From Ginglymostoma cirratum (taxonomy: Eukaryota): a stretch of DNA of 64,000 nt. Below the pieces are notes generated by a model, which was given only the letters and a program-made list of their open reading frames with translations, did no database searches and was not told the DNA's origin. The first letter of the stretch is position 1. Each line of letters begins with the position of its first letter. Below, in pieces: positions 29,409 to 42,155 of this stretch. The translations under genes and the position numbers were made by a program. The stretch is from contig JAHRHZ010000274.1 in NCBI GenBank assembly GCA_024137785.1, positions 20,820,086-20,884,085 of the forward strand, read 5' to 3'.

Positions 29409-29706
29409 TCATAGAATCCCTATAGTGTGGAAACAGGCCCTTCGCCCCAACAAGTCCACACCGACCCTCAACGCATCCCACCTAGATCCGTTCCCCCTTT
29501 TTGACATATCCCTGGGCACTATGGGCAATTTAGCATAACCAATCCACCTAGCCTGCACATTTTTGGACTGTGGGAGGAAACCGGAGCATCCAGACGAAAC
29601 GACGGGGAGAATGTGCATACTCTACACAGACAGTCGCCCTAGGGTAGAATCGAATTCGAGTCTCTGGCACTGTGACCCAGCAGTGCTAACCACTGGGCCA
29701 CTCTGC
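29409..29706 (-). mobile_element. tRNA-derived SINE (HE1/V-SINE type)
   Basis: Reverse strand has A box TGGCCCAGTGG and B-box-like AATTCGATTCT. Body and tail match the copies at 38073 and 44946. Confidence 0.88.
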
Positions 29707-30169
29707 GTATTAGGAAAACGAATATTATTTATGAGAGCAATGGGACTTAGCGTTAAAGATGATAGCCTGCTGAGCCATGTAACACCCCTAAGATTCACTT
29801 ATTTGGTGGGAATTTGAGCAACATCGTCTTGACATCATACATCATCCAGAGTGAAATCTGTGGCCTCCAGGCCAGAAATTTCCACATTTAATTCAGGAAA
29901 TGTGGGCGAAATCCCATTCTCCAATGAAATGAAAGCTATTTTTGGCTCAATCACTAATTATGTTAGGACTGCATGCCAGGATTCAAGTCATATCCACATG
30001 TGATTTTACCAGGGAACTCAGTAAAGTCTTAGCTGTCATTACTTCAAAATAGTGGTGAGAACTACAAGGTAATTCCAATATTTATAAGCGGAGTATTATA
30101 TGCATCGGATGCATACATGTAATTTACAGCTCAACAGGTAAACTGGGAAAATGCTTGATACGTTTCTAC

Positions 30170-30850
30170 AGAATTCTAGAAATTATTGTGTAAATAAAAA
30201 ATTGTATCATTTGGAGCTATCAACATGGATCTGCAAGCATAGAACATGCCTTACAAACTTAGTTTAATTTTTTGATAACAATGAATGAGGGTGATCAGTA
30301 TTTTGTCTGGATTTCAAAAAGTGGTATTTCTCAAGACTCATTACTTGAGGTTAGAAAAAGGGTCAGAACCATCAAATGCTTAAAACAGATTGAGAACTGA
30401 TTTGAAAACAAAAGTGAAAAACAACTGCAAAGCTGCCCTGGACTCTTGCCGTTCAACATATTTTTGAATGACCCAGAATGGGGTTTCTGTAGTTTTGCTG
30501 ATGATACACAGTGTTCTGAGAGGGTAGGATCATAAAATAACTATCTTCAATTAGACTTGTGCCAATTGCACAGATGAGCAAATATGTGGTAAATGTACTA
30601 AAATTTGGATAAAAGTAGATCCATGCAAAAAGGAACAGTATCATAAATGATTAGATGGCATGACAAGGTCACCACTAGTAGAGGCAGGAAAACAGTCTAA
30701 ATTAAATGAGACCAGGTTTTACTGATATGATACGAATCAACACTGAGATAATTTCTGGTATGTGGCATGCAGTTTTGATTGCACTCCCTTGAAGATATTA
30801 ATACATTAGAAAAGATTCAAAGAACAGTGACGAGAATGATCTTACAGGAA
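30170..30850 (+). mobile_element. Highly decayed CR1-like RT remnant
   Basis: ctggatttcaaaaag (LDFKK), tttgctgatgataca (FADDT), ttagaaaagattcaaagaa (LEKIQR). Confidence 0.5.
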
Positions 30851-33589
30851 AATAAGATCAAACAATGGATGTTACAGATAAAATGGAAGTGAACATATAT
30901 TGAACAACAAACACAAGACTGAAAGAGGGAAATGCAAAATCTCCTAGAAGTTGCTGATTCAGGACCATGCTGTATCTATAAAACAAAAACTGGCTTCCAT
31001 CACTTTTTCTCATACATGTTCTAATAAACCTCTGTTAAAAGAAAGCCTATTGCCACCCTTCATTCTTCTGGTGATCTTAAATTTGCAGCCTTGTGTTTAT
31101 GACTCACCTTAGAAATATTTAACCACATTGGTGGGGTTTTTTTCCAGGAAATTTGTGAGAGGAACAAAATGTCCCAGAAGCAGGGGATTAATAGGTGATG
31201 CTGAATAAAGAATAGTTAGAACAGATGGAATAGTTACATGTGGACTTTAGATGAGAAGGTTACAGTGCTCTGATGAGATTTAAAAATAAACATTGTGCGT
31301 GTTTATTCAAAAACCATTTTTAAACACAGTTTCTACCCATAATTTTGCAGAACCTTGGCAAACAGTGGAAAATGCTATCCTCTTATAACAAATGTAGCAG
31401 TCTAGTAGAAAAGAAGCAGTTGGCAGCCATTTTTCTTGGCTGTAGATTTTACATTTCTGTTGGTGAATGTGACCCATATTATACACTGGGTACTTTTCTT
31501 AGCAGTAAAGTAGACCCATGAATAAATACACAGAACCACTATAAGAACAGCTCTATTCACCAAATTAGCAACTATAATTAGTTACAGCATGGCATCAGCT
31601 GAGCTCACTGAACAAGTCACTGACTTCTCTTTTGGTGACAGCATAATGTGGAGAGATGTAACAGGAAGGGAGGAAATGAAGTGAGGTAATATTGCTGTGA
31701 TAACAACTTCTACTACTCCCAGCAGTGCATACATCAGCTTGGCACCAAGAGCAGAAGTAATTCATCTCATGTGTATAATTTAAAAACATGCTTAATTTTT
31801 TTAAATTCAAAATGTATGTCAAAGGAACATGTATGAAAGAGCAGTTGTTTACATTATAGGAAATCCCACTCATGATGCCAAGCTCATCACCCACTCATAC
31901 CTGTGGTGGCTGTGGGTTGTGAGGTTTGATCTCACTCAGTGGAGTAGTTTTCATAAACCACTGCTCATTATTAAATTGTATGAAGCTTCTTTTTCTTGCT
32001 AATGACAGCTGTAAACAGTATTGAAAGGAAATATAATTAAAATGTAGAAATGATTTGAAGTGTAACTAAATTACATTTTAACCATACCTGGATACTGAAG
32101 ACAGTAGTGATTAAACATGCGTAGTTATGAGAAATGCACAAAGAATGTACTGGCAAATTCTGATCCTCATCTTTCTCAGCAGCAGTGTAGAATTTCTTAA
32201 CAATTCGTTAGAAGAAGAATGTTAAAACAAACTGACCTGCGTCATTAAAATGCGAGGCTTGTAACATTAGGCAAACAATTAGAGAATGATGAATAGGATA
32301 ATACATTCTAGAATCAATTAAACTGAAGCAAAATCAGGTTGGAATTACTTTTACTCTGCTCAGAAGCAACAGCTTTTATAGTTCTGTTTTAAGCTATTAA
32401 AGTCATAGAACTATTAAACTGGGCTTAAGAAAAAATTGTTTGCAATTTTATGCAAAAATACCTGATACTCCCTTCAACAGAACCCGAATCCTGATCACGC
32501 AGAGTAAGTTCCAAGTGAAATTGCCACAATCAAACTGATCTTCTTTCCCCCTCGACATTTTACGTAACAATACATTGCATTTTAGTTTTATTGTTGCCTG
32601 ACTGTGAAATATACCTAGGACATGCATATGGCAGAGACATTAGCTCAATGTCACCTGTGCAGTGCCAAATGTTAGCAACGTCGAATATGCTCCATCAGCA
32701 TTTTTCTCATGGTGACAAATGAACTATATTTAACATAATTGTTTTATTGCTAATAAAAAGTGAATTTATTGAATGGGCAATGTGCAGACAATACGTTACA
32801 TGTGATAATGGAGTTCTGTAGTTTTAGCTTACATTAATACAGGATGATGAGATTGCTTGTTAACGAACACATTTACCCGGTATTTTTTTTCAGAAGTTAG
32901 CTCCATGGTGATCATATTTTACTCCCAGGAACAGTATTCTGCCTCATGCTAGTAGTGTGTTTCTTTCTGTGGGACCACACTGTCAAGGAAATACCAGCTC
33001 AGTCAATGTCCCAATGGAACAATCTAACATCAGAACATTGGGTTCCTGGAATTTTGACTCAAGATTATTTGATCTATTTTCAATCAAGTTTGCTCAGTTT
33101 TACAAGCACTAATTACCTAACCCCACAAAGCCTTGTTTATTCCAAGAATTGGCGAACAAGTTACAGTATTCAATAACTCAGTTCGGGTCAGGAACCAGAA
33201 CAATATTGAAGACACGCAACTATGTTACAAATGGGTTCGTGGAGTCCAACAGCACAGGTACATCTCTGGGCAATGGAAGACATACAACAATTCTGAGCGA
33301 TTTAAAATATGCCAGTATTGTAGTCTGTTTCAAACAATTAGTTTTCACTTCAGGGTCTGTCTGATCAGATTTAAGCTGGCCTTCATCCTATAATAATTCA
33401 TCAAGATATCTGCTGTAGTTGCATCTTACTAAAGAGAAAATTTCTTGCATTTTTATCCATACTGAGAAACCTGGTAGTTCAGAGCTTCTTTCTGGCAATA
33501 CATTCAATAATAAATAGCACTATGTGAAATAGAGCAAGCAGTTCGCCCTGCATCGTAGACAATATTTCTCTCGCAAGTATTACTATCAA

Positions 33590-33925
33590 AAAAATAGAAA
33601 ATGCTGGAATACTCAGCAGATTTTAGACCATTTGTGAAGAGATAAACAAAGTTCGTATCTCAAGTCTCCTTTTGTCGGAATCGGAAAGAATTTGAGATGT
33701 AACATGTTTTAAATAAATACAGAGCCAGATAAAGGAGAAGAGAGAAGGGAAAAGAACAAAAGGGAAGATATGTAAAAGGTGGAGAAAGGTGTAGAGTTAC
33801 ATCTTAACCCTTTTCCAGTTCAGATGAGAGGCAATTGTCCTGAAACATTAGTTCTGCTTCTTCCTCCATCTGCTGAATATTTTCAGCAGTATTTTGTTCT
33901 TGCGTCAGATTTCCAGCAGTGACTG
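33590..33925. mobile_element. Old Penelope pLTR inverted pair, inside a probable Deu-type SINE remnant (~33500-34070)
   Basis: aaatagaaaatgctggaatactcagcaga against tctgctgaatattttcagcagtattttgtt. Decayed hammerhead-like cagatga...ctgaaacatt at ~33821. Confidence 0.55.
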
Positions 33926-36900
33926 CTGTTTGTTGGACATTATCATCTGCAAATTGGCAGCCATATTTGTCTACATAACAATAGTAATTGCGGTTTTAAA
34001 ATAATCCAGTGGTTATAAAGCATTTTGGGACATCTCAACATCTAGGCTGTACACAAATGTAAATTCTTGCATGAAATAGAAATATTTGAGTCTAGCATAT
34101 CTTAATGGTAAAACCATATTTAAAAAGATTTTAATGAATGGAGGACATTCAGAAAAATAAACCAAGAATGGCTCTCAAATATAAAACTTAGAAATTAAAA
34201 TAACAGACTTACATGATCAAGCTTGTTTTTGAAAGAGAAGAAACATTAAGTTTGTACTGTGTGGAATGCTTTCATTATTAACAGCGTAATAATGCATAAT
34301 GGATACATTAAATATTTTGCTATAAATAACAAACAGCAGAAGTCTTGCCCCACAGCATTTAACAATGCTGAAAGAGAAAGATTTGATTAATTTGGCACAC
34401 CTTAGTCAATCAGTCTTTTACCCCTTTCTTCCTGTTTTGTCTTCAAGGGGAAAGGAGTTAACTCATGCAATGTTGCAGTTCATCCTCAAAATTTTACTTT
34501 GCCCATAAACTTAGAGAGCCAGTACTGCCAGAAGGGTTTGAGAATGGCACTAAAGAGCATGAGAAAAGATACAATAGCTTGATCAACCCCCATGCATGCA
34601 TTGTATTTACATGGCTATTTTACAACAGATTTCATTAAACAGAGACCAAGCATAAAATCCCTTACTCAATTTTCTTCACCCCACACCACACATGTCTAAG
34701 CAAAACATAATGCATCCAATGCCTGAAATGAACTAACTCAACAAGCATCAGGGATTTCCTGATCAAGACAGCTCAATTTACAAAGTGAAACCTGCTGATG
34801 AAGGTGGAAGCCTTACATAAGAAATGTAATTGAAATTTTGTTCGTGGAAATAGAAGACGTAAGTTAAAAAGCCTCAACTGAGATTTGAGACTTTGATTCT
34901 CTATACAACAATAGATAAAATGGGTGGAATAAATACCTATTAAAAGGAGCTGCTGGCAAAATTGGTTAACCTGTTAGGAAAGAAAAATGTACGGCAAGTA
35001 ATTTATTGGGAGGTACTGCCAACTTTATGAAATACAATCATTCCGGTGTTCGTACTGTGATTTCTCATGACACTGAAAATCCATAGGCTATCATTCCAAT
35101 CACTTAATTAAAATAATGCCAGAAGAAATCTGAAACACTAGGGGTACATTACAGGTACCAGTTATCAAAAGAGGTCAGAAATTACACCACACTTTCTCCA
35201 TAGAGCAAAACATATTCACAACGCGATGCGTCAGACTAATCCATCAAACCATTTCTTCTGAATGGACTCACCATTTTCTGACATTACATCAGATGTTTCC
35301 TACTGTTTGGATTTTAAGATTGAACTTTTCCACTAAACAGAACATTCAGCAGTTCTTACTATCCAGATGTTAATGTTTCTTTTACGGTATGGATGTGATG
35401 CTATCTCGAACAGGATGGTCTGTCTATCGACTGGGTGGGACATTTCCAGTGTACATTTCCTCCTCTATCACTGATCACACCAAAGTTTCGTTAAGCCAAC
35501 CTCAATGCTGAAACTGGGTGTGTCCTTCGTGTGTTGCCAGTTATATTTTTGCAGATGATTTTGTTGTGGCCTCCTGAAAGAAAATCTCCCCTTCCAATTG
35601 AAGAGAAAAATTCTGATCTCTTGCTTTCATGTAATGGATTGACCATGAATTGTTAACTTCTTTGTAATTTAGATTTTGAAGATGCAGTTACTAATGCTGT
35701 CTTAACGCATGAAAATGTATTTCATTAATTTTTAGAGTTTGGGAAGTACAAGAAATGAATTTAACGAACAGGTCTTAAGCATAACAATAACATATTTATT
35801 CTAGCATCAACAAAACAAGCCATTAACAAGACAATTAACACCTTATGGAAAGATGTAACATTGGAATTTAAGATGAATGATGCATCAATTAATTATTTGT
35901 TGAAATATTCATTAAGGAGGATAACACTGACATGCTAACTAATTGAACTGTAGTATAATGAAAAGCCAAAAGGTTTTTCAAAATTAATGTGGAGGAATAA
36001 CTTAGTAAAGTGGGTTAAGGAAACTGAAAATTAACTAATTAACTGACTCGAGGGAATTATACTTCAAATAAAAATTAGCAAAGTAGTTTGTGGACACTCA
36101 CTATGGTCATTTAAGATAGATTGCTGGCTGCTGCCATTCTGGAGGAATTAAAGTTAGCAAATGCACATCTATTCATAGAAGGAGAGTGAAATCTATACCT
36201 GTCAACTATCAAAGCATTAGTCCAACATCAATACTAAAGTACTGAAAATTATTGTAAGAAATGGGTTGTACAAATTCATAGGTACTAATAACTTATGAAG
36301 ACACTGCCAATGTGGATTTAGAGAAGGTAAATCATACATGACAAACTTTCTCAATCTGTTTAAGGGCATCATGAATGTGGTTGAATTCCCCCAAATTTGT
36401 CTAAACATTGTCCCTTAGCAACATCATCCATAGAGCAAGTTTCATTATAAAAACACAAATATCTACAACAGACCCCTTAAACCACTGTACTTTTCACCAT
36501 GATCACTCATGTCTACCTTCTCAATGTTACCTGCTCCATCTCACAATCATTGACTGATACCTTTTTCATTTCTGTATTCAATTACTCCAAAGCCCTCTTC
36601 ACTGTTCAAAAATATTCTCCATTACTCCAAAGCACCCATTACTAGACTCCCATTCTACTCCCTTCATAAAACTCTGCCACTTATGTGTGGTCCTACATCA
36701 AGACACACTTGTTCTCCACTCTCTTTCTTCCCAAATTTCAGTCTTCTCTAAAATCTTACAGTTCTTATCTATAGGTTGCCACACACATCTGCCTCACTTT
36801 ACCTTAGAAAACTTTTTCAGTCCTCTGATTCCTCTCCGGTGCAATGGCACAGTGACTCTAAAATTCTCTTCCCTTCCACTGGCCCTTCCTCACTCTCATC

Positions 36901-38072
36901 TTTTTATCCCATCATCCTTAGTCCTATGTCGCTGAATTCCTTCCTCTAATCCTCTACACCACCTTTATAAAACCTTTCAAAATCCAACTCCTTAACAGGG
37001 CTTTAAATTAACCCTCCTCTCAATTTCAGTTCAGCATCTATTTTCTGGAAATAGTTTGGGGATGTTTAGTTCATTAAAAAAGTAAAGCAAATTCAAGGTG
37101 TTGATTTTGTATTTTGTATTTTTTGTTTCAGATGTTGTTTGACAAATTCTCACAGGAAGGATGTCATGAGAATCCAGGGATAACAAGCAACAAAGCATAT
37201 GTGATATTAAAAATGGAAACAGTATTTTTTAGAGATACAGCAGCAGATATGCAAAGGTACTGAGCCACGGAAGCCCCTGGCAAATTGATTTAAGTATTAA
37301 ATGTCATACATAAAGTGAACACTGAACATGTTTCATAGTAAGGCAAGTATGACAAGAGACTATAATGGAATAATACAAACATAAATCTTAGCCAGATATT
37401 AAAAAAAACATGGATTTATTCATTGGATAAAATCCTAAGTAAAGGACAATTGTATATTCCCTTTATTTTATACTTAGCTACTTAATAATAATTCTTTTGA
37501 AGTTTTAGAACATAAGTATTAAAGGAAAAACAATGCCTAATGGAATACGATAATACTACTTTTAACAAGGTTATGCAAGCTCACCATAGACTACTGACAA
37601 ATTCAACATTAATTTTCTCTGCCTTGGTACATTTAGAAATGACTTGTGTTAAACACCAAAAGGAAACACAGTAAATATAGTGCTTTATACTTTTTGTACC
37701 TATTTGCACACTACTCATTTTTGAGTTACTGCAGAAACCACAGTCCTTCAGAATTGGCAAACAAGTTGATCTAAAAAGTGTCAACATAAAAACAATGATA
37801 CAGTAATAACCATTTGTTGCAGGTTTACAATTAGTCTGTATTTTACACCCATCAGACTAGATTTTGTATCAGATGTTCTCACTTGTCGCAGCCAGTTTTA
37901 AATTTATCTCCATGGAAAAGAAAGTTGGGGGATAATGAAAAATCAGACTAATGACTAACTATCAGCCTGTTTCACACTCGGCATTGATCAACTTTACCCA
38001 CATATGCTCACAAAATGACTACTATACCACATAATCTTTAAAGATTAAAGATATCTACAGTGTTTCCTTTTA

Positions 38073-38410
38073 GTGGCACGGTGGCTCAGTGGTTAGCACT
38101 GCTGCCTCACAGCACTAGGGACCCGGGTTTGATCTGCCCTCAGGTGATTGTCTGTTGGAGTTTGCACATTCTCCCATTGTCTGCGTGGGTTTCCTCCAGG
38201 CGCTCCAATTTCCACCCACAATACAAAGACACGCAGGCCAGGTGGATTAGCCATGCTAAATTCCCCATTGCGTTCAGGGATGTGTAGATCAGTTGTGTTA
38301 GCCATGGGAAAATGCAGGGTGACAGGGAAAGGGTCTGGGTGGGATGCTCTTCGGAGGGCTGGTATGGACTTGTTGGGCCGAAGGGCCTGTTTTCATGCAA
38401 AGATTCTATA
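38073..38410 (+). mobile_element. tRNA-derived SINE (HE1/V-SINE type)
   Basis: gtggcacggtggctcagtggttagcactgctgcctcacagc...gggtttgat...ggagtttgcacattctcc...gggccgaagggcctgttt tail. Confidence 0.9.
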
Positions 38411-38421
38411 CTTCATGAGTA

Positions 38422-38564
38422 GAGATAAAAGGTACTGCAGATGCTGGAGAATCCGAGATAACAGGCTGGATGAACACAGCAGGTCAAGCAGCATCATAGG
38501 AGCAGGAAAACTTGACGTTTCGGGCCTAAACCCTTCATCAGAAATCTGATGAAGATTTATCTCT
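38422..38564 (-). mobile_element. Penelope-like element pseudo-LTR (young copy) with fold-back junction
   Basis: gagataaaaggtactgcagatgctggagaatcc...cttgacgtttcgggcctaaacccttcatcaga, near-identical to 41665-41728 and to the reverse complement of 42129-42221. Followed by the hairpin cttcatcaga-aa-tctgatgaag. Confidence 0.75.
38514..38541 (-). ncRNA. Minimal type I hammerhead ribozyme motif (Penelope type)
   Basis: Minus strand CTGATGA-A-GGGT[TTAG]GCCC-GAAA-CGTC: complete catalytic core, 4-bp stem II, very short palindromic helix III, GUC cleavage triplet. Confidence 0.7.
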
Positions 38565-40719
38565 GATAAATGAAGGAGTTAGTTATCTGTAATATCAGTA
38601 TTCCCTTCTAAATTATTTGGTATGAGTTTGTCTCCTTATAATTTTTATGTGGAATGGTATCCACAATAAAGATATTGTGAAAGCCCTTGTTACCTTTTAG
38701 CACTGCATGCTACAGTGTACACAAGATGCATCAAGTCTGAACTACTTGCACAAAAGAGACACAAGAACAAGATTAGAAAACTTCAGTTATTCAGAATGTG
38801 CATATTGTTGTCAACTAAATCTACACTGTGGAATATTATTTCTCGCAGTTTGAAAGAACATTTTTGCTCTCCAAGGTGCAGGAAAAATGGAGTTACATAA
38901 GTAAAATGTTGTGCATCACCGATTAGTTTTAAATGACGAAGTTAAATTTTGTGGAAGTGCATGCATCAGAAAGGGAACCCTGCAGATTAACAAGGGAAAA
39001 TGAATGCCTTATAGCATCTAAAATGGACTCATTGTTAGATGAGGATAAAGACTTATCAATTAGTCGATGCTACTTTTGGAATTATTGTCACTCAATCTAT
39101 ATTCATAAATGTGATTCATTAAAAAATATTCAATTGACAGCATTACTTTTAATATAATCCTGTCCTGTTCAGGCAGTACAAAAGTATCTTTCTGGTATGA
39201 AGCTGGAATTTGAGATTGTACTTTCTTCATGATGAGGGAGTAATGGAACAACACATTACATTTCTCCTGATATTAATCTAAAGTAATCACTTCACCTGGT
39301 TAGGTCATTTTGATTTCTCCCAATTATGGCAACATTTAGTTTGATGATTATCGGCAGCTGCTTATGTTTTTAACAACTTTCATTTCTATGGTTTGCCCTT
39401 ATCCATAACGTGGTTGGAATCTTCCAAAAAAAAGTGAGTAAGTCCAAAAGTAGAAGAGTTTGGAGGAGGGAAACCCACCATCTACAAAGATGGCACAGCC
39501 CACTAAACCTCCAGCAGACAGCTGGGCTTTCTACCAGAATTAAGGAAATGCCAGTTGCCAAGAGTTGGCAGCCAGTTCAGAGGTCAGCTACTCCAGCAGT
39601 CCCATGGCAAAGCAATGGCTGCGCTAAAATCGCTCCTTCATACAGACTCCCAGCGATGATGATGTTTGGGGTTGAGGTGGTGGGGGATGGAGGGGATAGA
39701 AGATTGTTTCTAGTGTTCAGGATTATGGGGAAAATGGGATATGGGGATTGTAAGCAAGGGCAAATGGTGATTTTCAGTGGCCACCCACCTGCCCCAGGTT
39801 TAGTCCTTCAGTTGTGCAAATATCAAGGGCACTGTTTCCAATTGATAACCTGCCCACACTGGTTTAGCTGTCGAGTAGGCCAACTCTTTGTTGTAGAGTC
39901 TAGAGCTGAAATAACTATAGTCCAGAAGAGATGTGGCCCAGGCAGTCATTATGTTCACTTTCTACCTCCAGTTCTGGAAGATTTCTTCCAATTGCGTTAT
40001 CCAGTGTTGAAAACTTGGGGCATGTACTGTAAAATAGCCATCAGAAATGACATTTCAATTCCCTAGTGTATCCAGGGGATCCTTTGATAGTGGGAGACTG
40101 GCAAAATTGCAAAAGAATTTCAACTGGCAGCGACATTTATACTTTATGAAGAAATTGGAATACTATTAGTAAATGCACGCAAATATCCGTATATGTGAGA
40201 GTTTCTACTGTGTTACGAATTATTTTCCGAACTAAGTACAAAATATTACAGGAAACAGTACACTAACATCAAGTCAAATCAAAAATGTACTGCATGAATG
40301 TCTGTATTTAGTGTTAGTTAACTGATTATTAAAGCAGGCAAATAGCCTGCATAATGGCCGTAAGGCTAAGTTATTTTAGTTTTGACAGACAAGAACTCCT
40401 GGCAAGGAAAGGTTTCTTTTTAAAATGACTGTCGCTTTGCTAAAGTTTGGCACCGAGACAGAAGTATGACTCCAAAAATATAAATCCTGCTGAGACACTG
40501 ACTTTGGTGATTACAATTTGGACAGGGTTCAGGACCAGAAGACTTCAGCAATCTTCCACCAGAGCAACGAAGAAAGAAACTTCAGCAAAAAATTGATGAA
40601 ATTAACAAAGAAATCCAGAAAGAATCTGATCAAAAGTAAGTGTGATGCTTCACATAATACAGAATTTCTTTGCAGTTGCGTTGACTGTCCACTATATACA
40701 AGGCATAAGTCGGAAGTGT

Positions 40720-41130
40720 GATGGCATACGCTCAGCTTGTCTGGATGAGTATTGATGCTTGACACCATCAAGGTCAAAATAGCCCACTTGATTGATACCA
40801 CATCCACAAACATCCACTCCCTCTACCACTGACTCCAGTAGCAGCAGTATTTACCATCTACAGGATGCATTGTAGAAATTCAGCACCTTCAAAGCTCGAG
40901 ATCATTACCATCTAGAAAGACAAGGGCAGCAGATAAATGGGAACACGTCTACCTACTAGTCCTCCTTTGAGCCACTCATCACCCTGGCCTTCCTTCATTG
41001 TCACTAGGTAAAAATCCTGGAATTCTGTCCCTAATGGTATTTTGGAACTACCTGCAGCATACAGACTGCAACAGTTCAAGAAGACAATTCACACCACCTT
41101 CTCAAGAACAAATAGAGATGGGTAATAAAT
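40720..41130 (+). mobile_element. LINE 3' fragment (same family as 21870-24960)
   Basis: cttgacaccatcaagg...tagcagcagtatttaccatctacaggatgcattg...aagacaagggcagcagata. Confidence 0.7.
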
Positions 41131-41139
41131 CACAATTGT

Positions 41140-41664
41140 TTTAGCATAGGAGGAGGCCATTCAGCCCATTGTGCCTGTCTGGTTCTGTCACTTAGTGCCA
41201 GTCTCCCACCTTTTCCCTAAATCCCTGCACACCATTTCTATCCAAATAATCATCCAGAACCCTTGATTGTCTTTATTGAACTTGCCTGTATCACATTTCC
41301 AAGCAGTGCATTCCATACCCTAACTACTTGTTGTGTGAAAAAAATTTTCTTATATCACCCCTGCTTTGTTTGCATGTCACTTTAAATCAATGTCCTCTCA
41401 TTCTTCTTCCTTTTATGAGCAGGAATAGCTGTCCTATCCAGCCTGCTCATGATTTAAAAAAACTCCACTAAATCTTCTGTCAGCTGCCTTTTCTCCAAGT
41501 ACGACACTCCCAACTTCTTTAATCTACCCTCAGATCTGAAATTTCTCATTCCTAAAACCATCCTTGTACATTGCTTCTGCACTGTCTCCAAAGCATTCAC
41601 ATTTTTCCTATAATGGGGTGGCCACAACTGTACACAGCACTCCAGCTGAAGTCTAACAGGTATA
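41140..41664 (-). mobile_element. CR1 LINE 3' fragment, truncated by the Penelope insertion
   Basis: Starts with the reverse tail ataggaggaggccattcagcccatt and ends ...aactgtacacagcactccagctga (LECCVQLW on the minus strand). Confidence 0.75.
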
Positions 41665-41728
41665 AGAGATAAAAGGTACTACAGATGCTGGAGAATCCGA
41701 AATAACAAGGTGTGGGGCTGGATGAACA

Positions 41729-42128
41729 NNNNNNNNNNNNNNNNNNNNNNNNNNNNNNNNNNNNNNNNNNNNNNNNNNNNNNNNNNNNNNNNNNNNNNNN
41801 NNNNNNNNNNNNNNNNNNNNNNNNNNNNNNNNNNNNNNNNNNNNNNNNNNNNNNNNNNNNNNNNNNNNNNNNNNNNNNNNNNNNNNNNNNNNNNNNNNNN
41901 NNNNNNNNNNNNNNNNNNNNNNNNNNNNNNNNNNNNNNNNNNNNNNNNNNNNNNNNNNNNNNNNNNNNNNNNNNNNNNNNNNNNNNNNNNNNNNNNNNNN
42001 NNNNNNNNNNNNNNNNNNNNNNNNNNNNNNNNNNNNNNNNNNNNNNNNNNNNNNNNNNNNNNNNNNNNNNNNNNNNNNNNNNNNNNNNNNNNNNNNNNNN
42101 NNNNNNNNNNNNNNNNNNNNNNNNNNNN
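41729..42128. other. Assembly gap (400 N)
   Basis: Run of N. Confidence 1.
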
Positions 42129-42155
42129 TGATGAAGGGTTTAGGCCCGAAACGTC
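42129..42155 (+). ncRNA. Hammerhead ribozyme motif (first C lost in the gap)
   Basis: (C)TGATGA-A-GGGTTTAGGCCC-GAAA-CGTC, identical to the motif at 38514-38541. Confidence 0.65.

Noticed and set aside
38073-38140. tRNA gene
   Set aside because: The A and B boxes belong to a SINE head. There is no cloverleaf, and the SINE body follows.
39410-40066. 218-aa ORF
   Set aside because: Non-ATG start, no recognisable domain, lies in repeat-like sequence. It does fall inside the putative cargo, so a BLAST is still worthwhile.
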